From: Trichormus sp. ATA11-4-KO1
GTDB taxonomy: Bacteria; Cyanobacteriota; Cyanobacteriia; Cyanobacteriales; Nostocaceae
DNA length: 64,000 nt
Assembly: GCA_019358915.1 (NCBI GenBank)
Contig: JAHHIM010000005.1
Location: forward strand, 96,001 to 160,000
Direction of reading: 5' to 3'
Position numbers and translations under genes: made by a program. Below, piece after piece: positions 10,210 to 21,768 of this stretch (position 1 is the stretch's first letter; each line of letters starts with the position of its first letter). Below the pieces are notes generated by a model. It made no database searches, had not been told where the DNA came from, and saw only the letters and a program-made list of their open reading frames with translations.

Positions 10210-11155
10210 AGTTTTGAGGATTGCTTTACTTAGTGGTCATCAAGGCGAGGAACTATATCCCCAGCCAAAATCCTTTATATTTTTTTGAATTTACAGTGCG
10301 GGAATTAACAATCTTTCTTCAATCCATAACAGTTGTATTCCATATTCACTCTCCTGTGTTTTTTTCCTTGCTAGACTTCACAAGCTAAAGTTGTGACTTC
10401 TAGTGCTAGATGCGTTTTAGGCAAACCATCACTATTATTCAGTTTTTAAGATTCTATACAATAAAGTTTCTGTAAGAACTTGTTCAAGCTTTTTAAAGGT
10501 TTTTACATTAACTTTATCTTCAAGTCAAGAATAGTTTAAGTTTTTACTGAAATTTTAGTGTTTGTACGTAAGTGGAATTGCTGATTTTTTTAGCTTTTAT
10601 TAAAGCTAGAGGTAGTTGTAACATAATTACGTAAAATTACTTGATGTACGTTTTTTTTATGCTGAAAATTCAGGAGATGTTGATGAATAAATTGCTGAAA
10701 AGTCAAATTTTGGTTTTGAAATATCATCAAAACTTCGACTAATAGATTTGTCTCAACATGACGGTAAGTTAGGTTATATCTTGCACCAGCAGGAAAAACC
10801 GCCATAGGTGAGAAATATAGGGTTGTATAGCAAAAATCATCTTAAGATGACTAAGCCACTGGTATAATCAAGAGCGCTGAGTTAAAAGACCGCCCACAAT
10901 TCGCGTGGCATTTACCGAGTGCGAACCACTAAAGTGGACTTGAGCTATGCAGTCTAGAAATAAATTTCTGGGTGAGATATGGGGTAGGTGCAAGATATCG
11001 GTTAGTAATTCACGCCTAATGTGACCACTACCCAGTGATTGTGGCAGCATAAAAGTATGGTTACGCTCAAAGCTCTAGTAATTAATGGGCATTCAAGCCC
11101 AGGCATAGCGTTTACAATGATTTCAGCGTAATTAACCCAAACTTTACACCCTGCT

Positions 11156-11515
11156 ATGGACAATCCCATTCTCCTCAAGTCCACAACCCGGCATGTTCGC
11201 ATTTTCGCGGCAGAAATTGATCGGGATGGCGAACTGGTTCCTAGTAATCAGGTTTTAACGTTGGATATTGACCCAGACAACGAATTCAATTGGAACGAAG
11301 ATGCCTTGCAAAAAGTTTATCGCCAGTTTGATGAACTAGTAGAAGCATCTAGTGGCCAAGATCTCACAGATTACAACTTACGCCGCATTGGGTCAGACTT
11401 AGAGCATTATCTGCGATCGCTCCTGCAAAAAGGCGAAATTAGCTACAATCTATCGGGTCGCGTCACTAACTACAGCATGGGACTCCCCCAAGTTGCAGTT
11501 GACGAAAATCAGTAG
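11156..11515 (+). CDS. ndhM: NAD(P)H-quinone oxidoreductase (NDH-1) subunit M
   Basis: [40 protein letters not shown] and NYSMGLP motifs. Confidence 0.95.
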   Translation: MDNPILLKSTTRHVRIFAAEIDRDGELVPSNQVLTLDIDPDNEFNWNEDALQKVYRQFDELVEASSGQDLTDYNLRRIGSDLEHYLRSLLQKGEISYNLSGRVTNYSMGLPQVAVDENQ

Positions 11516-11551
11516 TCGTCGTGAACTGCGTACACCAGAACATATAAAAAC

Positions 11552-11613
11552 TCTTTGTGTCTTGGTGTCTTAGTAGTTGAAGATTTTTTACCACCAAGGC
11601 ACAAAGACACCAA
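11552..11613. repeat. Inverted array of short Nostocales-type repeats
   Basis: ctttgtgtcttggtgtcttag...ccaccaaggcacaaagacaccaag imperfect inverted repeat after ndhM. Confidence 0.5.
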
Positions 11614-12293
11614 GTTTTTTCCAGTCATTTGGCAAAAAGGGACTGGGAACTAGAGACTAGCTAGAAGGACAGAGGGGCAGAAGAATTTTAGATTGAGGAT
11701 TGAACAATCTAAAAAATTGACAATATATTAAATTCCTGAGAACTTGCTCCTTGGCAAATTCTTAAATTTGGTGAATAATTTCTATTCCACCGTCAAAAAT
11801 CAAAATATGTCATGGTTATCAACTGGGAAAATGCTGAATCAAATCAAATATTTATTACCCAGAATTAACATAGTGTAAAGGCTAGAGTTGCTTAACTATC
11901 GGCCATCTTAATTCTTAATTAAGGTTAATGGATGCTAGACAACTTATAAACTCAAGAAATACCAGCATCATCTGCCTCTTGGTGATGAGGTAATCACTAA
12001 AATCCCACAGCATAGATTTACCTGGGTTATGCTTTGGTGACAGGGTGAGAGTTAGCCGCTCTGGCAAGGGAAAGTCACAGAGGAATAGAGGCTATCATGA
12101 GGCTGTAGGGTTCTTCTTAAGGAGTATGTTCTTTGCATCATTAAATCAAATTGATGATTAACAGGCACTGGTATCTGCCAGTTAGAATCATGATCCAAAA
12201 TTGGATACGTCGAGTTCCAGAAACAAGAGCGGTTTAGATTGCCGCTACCAATGCTGTTGAAAAAATTGCCAATCGCTGATTACTGCGAACACT

Positions 12294-14516
12294 ATGGAAA
12301 ATGATGCGGCAACGCTCTACTGCCCAAATGAAGCTTGTCTGGCTGCCAATCCTCTAACTCACAAGTTTTGCCAGCGATGCTCTACACCTCTGCCCAAACG
12401 TTACCTCTGGGCTGTGGGAGATAATCTGAATGTGGGTAGCCCTGGAGAAAGATTAGCCGATCGCTATTTAGTCATCAATAAATCAGTTGTTTTAGATACT
12501 AAGCCGGGGTTACTACCCCAAGCGCCTGAATCAGATAATTTACCGGGTATCAAAGCTTATTTGAGACTAATTCCCTATAGCTTAAACGTACCACAGGTAT
12601 ATGGAGTACTGCCCATCGCTGAGGGGCAATCTCACAAAGAAATTTTACTTTTAGAACGGCCGCCCTTGTACACAGATAGTTCAGTCCCACAAGTGCAGCT
12701 ATGTAGTCAGTTAACCACTGCTTGGCGCCATGCCACCTCAATGCGTCAACTTAATTGGCTATGGCAGATAGCTCATCTGTGGCAACCTCTAAAGAGTGAG
12801 GGCGTAGTTTCTAGCTTAATTGCTCCTCATTTATTACGAGTAGAAGGGTCATTAGTTCGCTTGTTGGAATTGCGTTTTGACTCCTCAACAGCCCCAGAAT
12901 TACCCCAATTAGGTGAATTTTGGCGACAATTACAGCCAGATTCCCAACCAGCGATCGCTGAATTTATGCACCAAGTTAGCAACCTGCTGATTCAGGGAGA
13001 AATTAATTCACCAGAAGTACTTATAGCAGTTTTAGATCAAGGACTGGCAGAATTAGGGCGATCGCAAACTCCCACAATTAAAATAGTTACGAAAACAGAC
13101 ACTGGGCCAAGTCGTCAACGCAACGAAGATGCCTGTTACCCTGCTAGTGGTACAGTTGTGAGCAAACCGCCACAGTCCTCAGCCTTAGCCATTGTCTGTG
13201 ACGGCATTGGCGGACATCAAGGAGGCAATGTTGCATCGAATTTGGCGATTGAAACAATTCAGCAGCAAGTACAGCAAATCACCAAAGTTCCCTATGACCA
13301 CATAGAACCCTCTCTGCTGCTAGCTGACTTAGACTCGGCAGTAGCACTTGCCAATGACAAAATTAGCCAGCGCAATGACAACGAAAATCGGCAAGGACGG
13401 CAACGGATGGGCACAACCTTGGTGATGGCGTTGCCTATGGCCCATGAAATGTATATTACTCACGTCGGTGATAGTCGTGCCTACTGGATTACCCGCCACG
13501 GTTGTTATCAAGTTACCCTTGATGATGATGTCGCTTCGCGAGAGGTCAGACTAGGCTATGCTATCTACCGGGAAGCTGTGCAACAAAGTGGTGCCGGCTC
13601 TCTTGTGCAAGCCTTAGGCATGAGTTCCAGCAACTCATTACATCCTACCTCCCAACGGTTTGTCCTTGATGAAGATGGAATTTTCCTGCTCACATCCGAT
13701 GGCTTGAGTGATTTTGACCGTGTGGAAGATTATTGGGAAACAGAAATTTTACCAATTCTTCATGGTGAAGATGATATAGTCAGCGTTGCTGGCAAACTAG
13801 TGGAAATCGCCAACACTAAAAACGGACATGATAATGTCACACTGGCATTAATACATTATCAAGTCAAATATTTTGAACCAGAATCCAGCCTCAAAGCAGT
13901 TATTCCCGATATTTCTGCCATCAAAGCGGCAAGTGCTGTAACTAAAGGCTTACAACCAACACTACTAGATAGTAGCCCCAACCAAAACACGCAAGTAATT
14001 CCCGAAAACCAGCCTACCAAAATAGTTAAACTGCCCTTAAATCTAATAGTGCCATTGCTATTAGCGATCGCAGCTGGTTCCCTCGGATATTTAATGATGC
14101 GACTGCGATCGCCATCAGATTTGCTGCCCACGACAAATGTACCACCAACTGTAACAAACCCAGTTATCGAGCGATCGCTAGCTAACCTCGATGCTGGATG
14201 GGTGATGCAAACCAACCAAGAAATTGCCTTAAACAATCAGGAAACTTTCCCCCCAGGCAGTTTTTGGCAAGTTATTGAGACAAAACCCAATCCCCAACCT
14301 GCTGCTGGGGATTTATTGGTGCATCTGCGGCTGTGTCCACAAGATCTACCCAACCCAACACTCAACCCTGCTCAAAAAGCAGTATGGATTCAACTCTCTC
14401 AACTGCAAAATCAAGTAAAGGTTCTACAAGCCAGCGATACCAGTCCATGTGATCGTGTCCCACAAGCACCAAATGCACAAAGTAACATCAGTGCAACCGA
14501 GTCAAAGACTCAATAA
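12294..14516 (+). CDS. prpJ: PP2C-type Ser/Thr phosphatase with N-terminal Zn-ribbon and C-terminal TM (PrpJ-like)
   Basis: CPNEAC..CQRC; PP2C motifs RQRNED, VCDGIGG, HVGDSR, SDGLSD and GHDN; TM at LIVPLLLAIAAGSLGYL; downstream of ndhM. Confidence 0.75.
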   Translation: MENDAATLYCPNEACLAANPLTHKFCQRCSTPLPKRYLWAVGDNLNVGSPGERLADRYLVINKSVVLDTKPGLLPQAPESDNLPGIKAYLRLIPYSLNVPQVYGVLPIAEGQSHKEILLLERPPLYTDSSVPQVQLCSQLTTAWRHATSMRQLNWLWQIAHLWQPLKSEGVVSSLIAPHLLRVEGSLVRLLELRFDSSTAPELPQLGEFWRQLQPDSQPAIAEFMHQVSNLLIQGEINSPEVLIAVLDQGLAELGRSQTPTIKIVTKTDTGPSRQRNEDACYPASGTVVSKPPQSSALAIVCDGIGGHQGGNVASNLAIETIQQQVQQITKVPYDHIEPSLLLADLDSAVALANDKISQRNDNENRQGRQRMGTTLVMALPMAHEMYITHVGDSRAYWITRHGCYQVTLDDDVASREVRLGYAIYREAVQQSGAGSLVQALGMSSSNSLHPTSQRFVLDEDGIFLLTSDGLSDFDRVEDYWETEILPILHGEDDIVSVAGKLVEIANTKNGHDNVTLALIHYQVKYFEPESSLKAVIPDISAIKAASAVTKGLQPTLLDSSPNQNTQVIPENQPTKIVKLPLNLIVPLLLAIAAGSLGYLMMRLRSPSDLLPTTNVPPTVTNPVIERSLANLDAGWVMQTNQEIALNNQETFPPGSFWQVIETKPNPQPAAGDLLVHLRLCPQDLPNPTLNPAQKAVWIQLSQLQNQVKVLQASDTSPCDRVPQAPNAQSNISATESKTQ

Positions 14517-14739
14517 ACTCAATACACAGTCCTGAGTAAGAAATTATATTTTATCCTCTGCTCCCCTGCTCCCCTGCCCCTCTGCTCCCCATTGGCGGCA
14601 GCCTGCTTGCGGAAACTGATAAAAACCTGAAATAATACAGGTAACTAATACCCAAATGAAACACTCGCCAGCCAAACCTTTTACCCGAGGAAAATTGTTA
14701 TTGGCAATTAATTATTACACCTTTTAGTTTAGTGAATCC

Positions 14740-16320
14740 ATGCCATCCCTGAACTTGGCGATCGCCCGTCTCATCAATACTGGCACAAACAACTTCGCCA
14801 TTTGGGTGGTCAAGGCTCCCTATCCCAGTGGTTATGTTTTGCATGACTGTATATGGCCTGTCGAACTCACTCAAGTTTGGCAAGAATGGCAGCAGATGTT
14901 TGCTGGTCATAGTGGCTTAGATATTTCTCTGGGCTTCCAGCAAGGGCAAGTAAACCCACCCGCCATCAACTTGGTTTCACCCCTTTCAGGACAGACAACC
15001 GGTTACACTAGTCGCCTGATGCAATACTTGGGGATGAATCTGTGGCATTGGGTTTTTGATGGGCCGATTCTCGGTAGTCTCGAACGCAGTCGCGGTATGG
15101 CTATGGGACAGGATACACGTTTGCGCTTTCGACTGGAAATCCGTGATCCGGATTTGATCGCCCTACCTTGGGAAATCATGCAACGCGAGCCTGGACAACC
15201 GGCAATGTCCCTCTCGCCTGATTTGCTATTTAGTCGTACTACTAGCGAAGTTGAACCCCTGCCGTATTTGCGATCTGACCAAGCTTTAAATATTCTGCTA
15301 GTTTTAGGACATGATGAGAACCTACAATTAGAACGAGAAGCTGCTATCCTTGAACGAACTCTTGCCAGTGTTAGCCAGGTGGGTAGCAATTCTCAGGCAT
15401 ATGCACGCTGTACAGTGAATACACTCCTGCAACCTACTCCACAGAAGTTAATTCAAGAATTAGAAACCAAGGCATATAATGTCTTTTTTTATGCTGGTCA
15501 CGGATTGCCAGGCCCAGACGGAGGATTATTCTTTTTGCATCCTGGCATGACCCTCAACGGTATAGAATTAGCACAAGTATTAACCCGTAGTGGTTTAAAA
15601 TTGGCAGTTTTTAATGCTTGTTGGGGCGCACAACCAGCTGCTATTAATCATCAGGCTATCCCTGCTAGTAGTTTGGCAGAAGTATTAATTCGTCATGGTG
15701 TACCTGCTGTTTTAGCTATGCGTGACCAGATTGCTGATCATGAAAGCCATAGTTTTATTCAAGCCTTGACCAAAGCTTTGCGATCGCGTAAACCAATTGA
15801 TCAAGCCGTAGCCGAAGCTAGACAAGAACTGTTAACACTATATAAGTTCAATCAACCAGCTTGGACTTTGCCTGTTCTTTATCTGCATCCCGATTTCGAT
15901 GGCGAACTCATTAAGAGTTTTGATGAAGGAATTACAGAACTACCAGAGACTGGTATCCCTAATCTAAATTCCCCAATTCCCGTAGCCTGTTTGCGATCGC
16001 TTTCACCAGCAGGGCAAACCTGGTTTTTACGCTCTGGTGTCACCCGCATCGGCCGCACGAAAGAGAATGATATTGTCATCCCAGAACCTTCAGTTTCCAA
16101 GCGTCACGCCGAAATTTTATGCCGAAATACTCTCACTGGCACTACTTCAGTGAGAACTTATTACCTACAAGATTTCTCAACCTACGGTACAACCTGGTGT
16201 TTAGGCCCCAATGGTTGGCAACAAATCCTCCGTGAGGAAGTTCCCTTACAATCGGGAATGCAGTTAAAGTTTGGAAGTTCTAGAGGTGAAATTTGGCAAT
16301 TTGTGATTGAAGATACCTAA
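14740..16320 (+). CDS. CHAT (caspase-like, HetF-related) domain protein with C-terminal FHA domain
   Basis: LPWE, FYAGHG (His) and FNACWG (Cys) motifs; FHA motifs IGRT..ND, VSKRHA and STYGT. Confidence 0.85.
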   Translation: MPSLNLAIARLINTGTNNFAIWVVKAPYPSGYVLHDCIWPVELTQVWQEWQQMFAGHSGLDISLGFQQGQVNPPAINLVSPLSGQTTGYTSRLMQYLGMNLWHWVFDGPILGSLERSRGMAMGQDTRLRFRLEIRDPDLIALPWEIMQREPGQPAMSLSPDLLFSRTTSEVEPLPYLRSDQALNILLVLGHDENLQLEREAAILERTLASVSQVGSNSQAYARCTVNTLLQPTPQKLIQELETKAYNVFFYAGHGLPGPDGGLFFLHPGMTLNGIELAQVLTRSGLKLAVFNACWGAQPAAINHQAIPASSLAEVLIRHGVPAVLAMRDQIADHESHSFIQALTKALRSRKPIDQAVAEARQELLTLYKFNQPAWTLPVLYLHPDFDGELIKSFDEGITELPETGIPNLNSPIPVACLRSLSPAGQTWFLRSGVTRIGRTKENDIVIPEPSVSKRHAEILCRNTLTGTTSVRTYYLQDFSTYGTTWCLGPNGWQQILREEVPLQSGMQLKFGSSRGEIWQFVIEDT

Positions 16321-16433
16321 GGAGTGAGGAGACAAGGAACAAAAGATTTTTTTCCCATGGCCAATACCCTAATCACTAGTAAAAAATCAAATTTTAAGTA
16401 CCTACGTATGAATCAATTCAAAATTCAAAATAG

Positions 16434-16583
16434 AGCCTCCGGCACGCTGCGCGGTAAGCGCAGCCATGCCCGCCAGGGCTTTACAAAATTCAAAATGAAA
16501 TCGCTGTATTCTCATACTGTCACCTGTTACCGTTCGGACTTCGGCGTGAGCGCTCAGTCGAACGCTGACGCTCACGGTGAAGC
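16434..16583. repeat. Nested REP/SDR-like GC-rich hairpin repeats
   Basis: gctgcgcggtaagcgcagc hairpin, plus cttcggcgtgagcgctcagtcgaac inserted in a related gttcgga...gctgacgctcacggtgaagcc unit, among AATTCAA and CTGTCAC heptamers. Confidence 0.5.
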
Positions 16584-16756
16584 CTGTCACCTGTCCCCTT
16601 TCCTGGCTAGATAATTTATTTTGCACGACTACTTATTAGCTAGTTCCATCATCAAAAAACCATATTTATCGTTAGACAAAATTAATTTTTTACGGAAATC
16701 TAAATCAGACAGTTGTAGCTGTCAATACTGCTAAATAATTCATCAGGAGGCAACAA

Positions 16757-17395
16757 ATGACTAACAAAAACAACCGTTCAGAAACTTTCCTATCTCAGGT
16801 CGAATTAGAGTTATTAGAGGTGTTACTAGCACCAGATGACGCCCCTTATCCTTGGAATCCGGCTGATGAGGATTCAGAAGCGTATTTTGACGAACTAGAA
16901 CGGCAGTTTGCCACACAGGATTTGCTAGATGAGGAACTGACTACCAAATCACAAACTTTTTATGAACAACTAGACAGCCTGTGGTCTAAGGTTTCTACTT
17001 GTTCGCGTGACATTTGTGAAGCAAATCAGTCAGTTGTAGACAATCTTCAGTTAACTTTACATACAGCTTTTGCTCATGGTGTACCCCAAGGCTGGCTCAG
17101 CGCGATCGCTCATAAAGCTGCGGAAATTTTTACTTCTCAACAATCCGTGGGCGAACAACTGGTGCAATGTGTACAAGCTGTATTACCTACTTGGGGTGCA
17201 GACGATTTGTTTGTTTTAGCCCGTCCCTTTGCTTATGCTATGCGTAGCAGCGAATCGCCAGACGTGAAATCAATAATTAATAACATTGAAAACCGAGACT
17301 GGAAAACTCTATCGGAAATTGAGCAAGCAAAGGTTAGTGTAGCGATCGCTTACTATGCTTTCAAGCAATTAAACCGTTCTCAGTCTGAAGACTAA
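16757..17395 (+). CDS. Conserved cyanobacterial hypothetical protein (acidic N-terminus, YPWNP motif)
   Basis: 212-aa ORF with AGGAGG RBS; YPWNPAD and LARPFAYAMR motifs. Confidence 0.8.
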   Translation: MTNKNNRSETFLSQVELELLEVLLAPDDAPYPWNPADEDSEAYFDELERQFATQDLLDEELTTKSQTFYEQLDSLWSKVSTCSRDICEANQSVVDNLQLTLHTAFAHGVPQGWLSAIAHKAAEIFTSQQSVGEQLVQCVQAVLPTWGADDLFVLARPFAYAMRSSESPDVKSIINNIENRDWKTLSEIEQAKVSVAIAYYAFKQLNRSQSED

Positions 17396-17839
17396 TTTTA
17401 ATCTTTGATTTTTGTCGCTCTCTAAACTTTATTTCAATTCAGGTTGTAAGTATTGTTGCTTGCAGACTTGCAAATAATGTTTATGTTGTAAATTTGAGAA
17501 TTGTTGTTATTTTTGAGACACAAACATTCCATAATAATCTAACCATAGAGTGATGGCGATAATATCGCTATCTATCTGAAAATATAAAACAAAATTGCCA
17601 TTTGCTACAGCTAGCCTAGCACCCCATAATAAAAATCCAGTAAAAAAGTAAAAGGCAAAATATTGTATAATTCCAAGCCGGATTTAATTGGATTTTTTTG
17701 CTCAAAAGCCAGTCCAGCACAGACTTTGATTCTAAATAAGACTAACTTTTGCAACTTGGTACAAACAAGAGATCAGGAAATTTTGGCAATCAATTCTGAT
17801 CTTTTGACTTTTGCCTTTTGACTGATTAACTGCCATTAC

Positions 17840-19207
17840 TTATTTAGGCCCAATAAAGCGAGTGGCAAAATTTTGCGATCGCGTCGGTGACAACACCCGT
17901 GCCTTGAGAATTGCTGCCATCAAAAAGGCGTAAGATAATACCCCAACAACCACTAACAGTAAAGCATTGATAGATCCTGTAGCGTTCCACAAAGCGTGGA
18001 GTGCAGAGGCACTAAGATAACCAATAGAGAGAATCTGCCAACTCATCCGGGGTTTGAGTACAGCCAACCCGATAAAATACCCCAGATAACCACTGTAAGC
18101 CATATGTCCAGCTACAGAGCCTAAAATTCGCGGAATTAGCAGTTGAAACCCTGCCAATTGACCAGCCGCCCCAATGCCCACCTGTTGCGTAATATTTGGC
18201 ACATACTGTCCCAGAGTTTCCAGCAAGGTGAAGCCCACAGCAGAAGCTGTTCCCAGGAGAATACCATCTAGAGGTTCCCAAATACCTATGCGTTCCCGCC
18301 AAGGTGAAGGTAATCCTCGGCCAATGTAATATGCTCCAATTAAAGGTAACGCTTTGAGTAGTTCTTCCATTAATCCAGCACCGAAAAACATCCGCACCAG
18401 CAATTCGGTAAAGGTGGTAGGTTCTTGAGGTGAAGGCAAGTTACCAGGTAGGATGACACGAAACACAAAGATAAATAAATCCAACAGGGGACTGAGTAAA
18501 ATCAGTGTTGTACTCAAGGCCGCACCCATTAATACCCACCAAGGCTTCTGTTTACCGCAAAGTTGGTAAACAAAATAGTAAGCAGCAGATGCTATGTAAG
18601 TCGCTACTATTACCTGATTAGTTTGGGGCTGACCGACTGTAGCAAACATCAGCACCACAAATATTACTGTGAGTATTCCCGGTACGAGATAAGCTTTGCG
18701 AGTTAAATCTTTACCTGTGGAAATAATGGGAAAAAGTTGCGTGAAGCTAACCGAATCTGGCTGTTTTAAATGGGTGTGTCCGTGGTGATTTTTCGCTGAT
18801 GGTAGTGGTTTGACTTGGTTTGTCATCACGGTGGGTTGCGAGATCAAGTCATACTCGAAAATAAATTGCGGCCCATCAGCACCTAGAGCAATGCGATCGC
18901 CTGCGTGTAATTCTTGACATGCAGATAATCGTTTTCCATTTAAAAAAGTGCCATTAGCACTATTCAAATCACAAAGTACCCAACTAAATTTGCTATCTAG
19001 AGATGAGGAGAGGGGACGAACCACAGCATGACGGCGAGATACCATCCGATACATCATGGCATCCAAGACAACTTGGCAGGTGGGGTCGCGTCCAATTACT
19101 ACCTCTTTACTGGTAAGCAGCGAGTAGCGAGATTCTGACCCAGAAGCTGCCCCATTACTAGACACTAGCCGTAGAAATGCATTATGTCTTGCGTTTTTGC
19201 CTGTCAT
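17840..19207 (-). CDS. FHA domain fused to PrsW-family intramembrane protease
   Basis: FHA motifs IGRD, VSRRHA and DLNSANGTFLNG; PrsW motifs EELLK, GFTLLE, GHMAY and HALWN. Confidence 0.9.
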   Translation of the reverse strand: MTGKNARHNAFLRLVSSNGAASGSESRYSLLTSKEVVIGRDPTCQVVLDAMMYRMVSRRHAVVRPLSSSLDSKFSWVLCDLNSANGTFLNGKRLSACQELHAGDRIALGADGPQFIFEYDLISQPTVMTNQVKPLPSAKNHHGHTHLKQPDSVSFTQLFPIISTGKDLTRKAYLVPGILTVIFVVLMFATVGQPQTNQVIVATYIASAAYYFVYQLCGKQKPWWVLMGAALSTTLILLSPLLDLFIFVFRVILPGNLPSPQEPTTFTELLVRMFFGAGLMEELLKALPLIGAYYIGRGLPSPWRERIGIWEPLDGILLGTASAVGFTLLETLGQYVPNITQQVGIGAAGQLAGFQLLIPRILGSVAGHMAYSGYLGYFIGLAVLKPRMSWQILSIGYLSASALHALWNATGSINALLLVVVGVLSYAFLMAAILKARVLSPTRSQNFATRFIGPK

Positions 19208-19762
19208 CGAGTTAGAGTGTCTTTCCAAACAAATTCATAAAAAATACTTTGGCAGTAGGACTTAACTTTAGCCACGCCAACAGCAGCATTGCTAACTACA
19301 CTATAGCTTTACTTACTGCGAAGAAATTTAAAATTTGCTCATTCAAAATTTAAAATTGCCTAACTCAATATTGATAAGCATTCTAGCTGGAAAAAAATTT
19401 TTCTGTGCTTGATTTATCAGTTGCATTAATTAGAGTCTATGGACATTCTAAAGGATGAGTGAAAATCTTCAGTAATCTAGAGCGGGCGTAGTCGATCAAA
19501 ATACAGATGTGGTAGGCAACACCCGCCTTAAGTGGATTTCAAAAATCAAATAGGAACTCTAATATTAGGTGAGACAGTCTTGACAATCCACTGTAAATTT
19601 CCTGCACAGAAATTGTTCAAATATTAGTAGTATTTGCCACATTTAGTTCCGTTTAAAAATATAAAGTTGGCAATGGTATGCTATGAGTTATATTTTTCTA
19701 CTAAAATATTTCTCAATTGTCTGCAAAGTTTTGTCAGGGCACAGCACTAAAGATATTTCAGT

Positions 19763-20365
19763 TTATTTGACTGTAGCTCTCTCTAGATGCTCAATCTTAG
19801 TGCCCAGTACTTGCAAAAACTCTGCTAACCAACGGGAATGAGCTGGCCAAGCAGGTGCTGTGACTAAATTGCCATCAACTATAGCTTCATCAACTGGAAT
19901 ACTTAAGTAAATCCCTCCAGCACTCGTAACATCTGGACTACAGGCAGGATAGGCAGTACATCTCTTTCCTTGCAGAACATCAGCTGCCGCTAACAACTGT
20001 AAACCATGGCAAATAGCAGCAATAGGCTTATTAAATTGGACAAAGTGACGGGTGATTTCTAGCACCTGCTGATTTAAGCGGATGTATTCTGGTGCTCGTC
20101 CTCCAGGGATAACTAAGGCATCGTAGGCTTCTGCTTTTACTTCTGCAAAGGTGGCATTTAAAGAGAAGTTATGACCAGGTTTTTCACTGTAAGTTTGGTC
20201 TCCTTCAAAGTCGTGAATTGCAGTTCGCACCTTGTCACCAGCCTTCTTGTCTGGGCAAACGACATCAACGGTGTGTCCCACCATTTGCAAAGCCTGGAAG
20301 GGAACCATGACTTCATAGTCTTCTACATAGTCCCCAACGAGCATCAAAATTTTTTTGGCAGCCAT
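19763..20365 (-). CDS. DJ-1/PfpI family protein
   Basis: [22 protein letters not shown] and VDGNLVTA motifs. Confidence 0.92.
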   Translation of the reverse strand: MAAKKILMLVGDYVEDYEVMVPFQALQMVGHTVDVVCPDKKAGDKVRTAIHDFEGDQTYSEKPGHNFSLNATFAEVKAEAYDALVIPGGRAPEYIRLNQQVLEITRHFVQFNKPIAAICHGLQLLAAADVLQGKRCTAYPACSPDVTSAGGIYLSIPVDEAIVDGNLVTAPAWPAHSRWLAEFLQVLGTKIEHLERATVK

Positions 20366-20490
20366 ATTTTGGTATCCTTACATGCTTAGTCATAAATTTA
20401 GAGTAAAGCACCACATGAAAGTGATGAGTTAACAAAGCGTAACGCAGGCTACAGACTCTATTTTTATTTGATCAAATAATAATGACTAAT

Positions 20491-20943
20491 TTAAAGCAGA
20501 TGAAATTCTGCTATTGCTCGGGGAAAGTTTTTGTTTTCATGTCCCGGACGGCTGAGTTTTATCAGGGCAAAACGCTGTAAGGAAGTTAATTCTGCCCACT
20601 GTTGCAGCGAGAGAGTAATACCTATTTCTTGCGCTTTTTCCTGAAGGCTAGCTGGCATAGTGCTAGAGTCCATCCATGCAGGATAAGAATCAATGGGTAA
20701 TTTTGCGACTGGTGTACCTGTGCGTTCTAAAATTAGCTGCTCGATATATTCTTGGTAAGCTTGAATTTCTGTTGTTGTAGTACAAGGTAATTCGACTAAG
20801 GCTTGGCGTTCAGCTTGAGTCATTTGGTGCCAATCAGATAATTTTAGCTTGATACCACAGCTATCTAGTTTGTAGCGTACCTGCATGGGTATGCAACGTA
20901 AGGCATCAACAAAATCTGCTTCAAATTCAAAGAAATTTGCCAT
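20491..20943 (-). CDS. narM: Nitrate reductase-associated maturation protein
   Basis: FEFEADFVDALRCIPMQVRYKLD and LQRFALIKLSRPGHENKNF motifs; downstream of narB. Confidence 0.9.
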   Translation of the reverse strand: MANFFEFEADFVDALRCIPMQVRYKLDSCGIKLKLSDWHQMTQAERQALVELPCTTTTEIQAYQEYIEQLILERTGTPVAKLPIDSYPAWMDSSTMPASLQEKAQEIGITLSLQQWAELTSLQRFALIKLSRPGHENKNFPRAIAEFHLL

Positions 20944-21139
20944 AATACCATTTTAGATTTTAAATTGTCTTCTGCGTCTGGATTTTACAAATCAATCTAT
21001 CGCCATGATTTTTCATCATGATGAAAATACAAACATGCATAATTTATTTAATTAACTATTATCATGTTTCAGTTTTAAGATGAAAAATAACTTTCAGGGT
21101 TAATTCTCATGATTTTGCTAAAAAAGAACTATATTAAAC

Positions 21140-21598
21140 TTAACGTGTAGACCTGGAGTTACTTAACCGAATTATTAAATAACTAATTGATAGAGCAAGA
21201 ACAGCAAATCCTAAACCAATGATATCAAAACCTGTAACTTTCTCTAAATCAAGTATAATTATTTTACGCGCAATAGCAATTAAAGAAGTAACAATAACTA
21301 ATTCAACTTGAAATACATGTTTTCGCAAATAGGCTGTGATGTTTTCTAAAATTTCCAAAGCAATTAATATATTCAAAAATAACCCAAAAATTGTAAATAA
21401 TGTTGTATTGAATTGTCCATATGGTACAGTAAATAGCTCTTTTACCAGGAAAATACCCAGTTCTCCAATTGCTACCAAAATTACCAACACCATCAAAATA
21501 GATAGAGTTTTGGAAACTAGCACTTCGATGTTTTCGATAATGTGCATAAAGTTTTGATCATTAGTAGCTTCGACCATGCGCCTCAATAGTCGCCTCAT
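21140..21598 (-). CDS. PsiE-family membrane protein
   Basis: Four hydrophobic segments; ILIALEILENITAYLR and TSLIAIARKII motifs. Confidence 0.85.
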   Translation of the reverse strand: MRRLLRRMVEATNDQNFMHIIENIEVLVSKTLSILMVLVILVAIGELGIFLVKELFTVPYGQFNTTLFTIFGLFLNILIALEILENITAYLRKHVFQVELVIVTSLIAIARKIIILDLEKVTGFDIIGLGFAVLALSISYLIIRLSNSRSTR

Positions 21599-21768
21599 CT
21601 ACTGCACCCCATTTTCCCGCAAAAAGATAAAAGAAAAACCTCATAGATATATCTAGAGGATGCCAAAATAATACCTTGCAGATTCTTTGTAGGTTTTTGA
21701 TTAGTCTTTATTTTTGCTTGACTATTAATTAAATTACCAATTTACTGTTTAGGTATGTACTTAGTAGC

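Noticed and set aside
10210..10640. NtcA box upstream of the Asr1734-like gene
   Set aside because: The candidates seen have N7 or N9 spacing rather than GTA-N8-TAC.
10868..11060. 6S RNA, SRP RNA or known riboswitch
   Set aside because: I could not match diagnostic motifs, so it is kept only as a low-confidence leader candidate.
14740..16320. hetF with an upstream NsiR1 repeat array
   Set aside because: This is a CHAT-FHA protein shorter than HetF, and no tandem ~130-nt repeats are visible upstream.
16324..16626. Overlapping 96-aa and 74-aa ORFs
   Set aside because: They are built from heptamer and hairpin repeats and are not protein-like.
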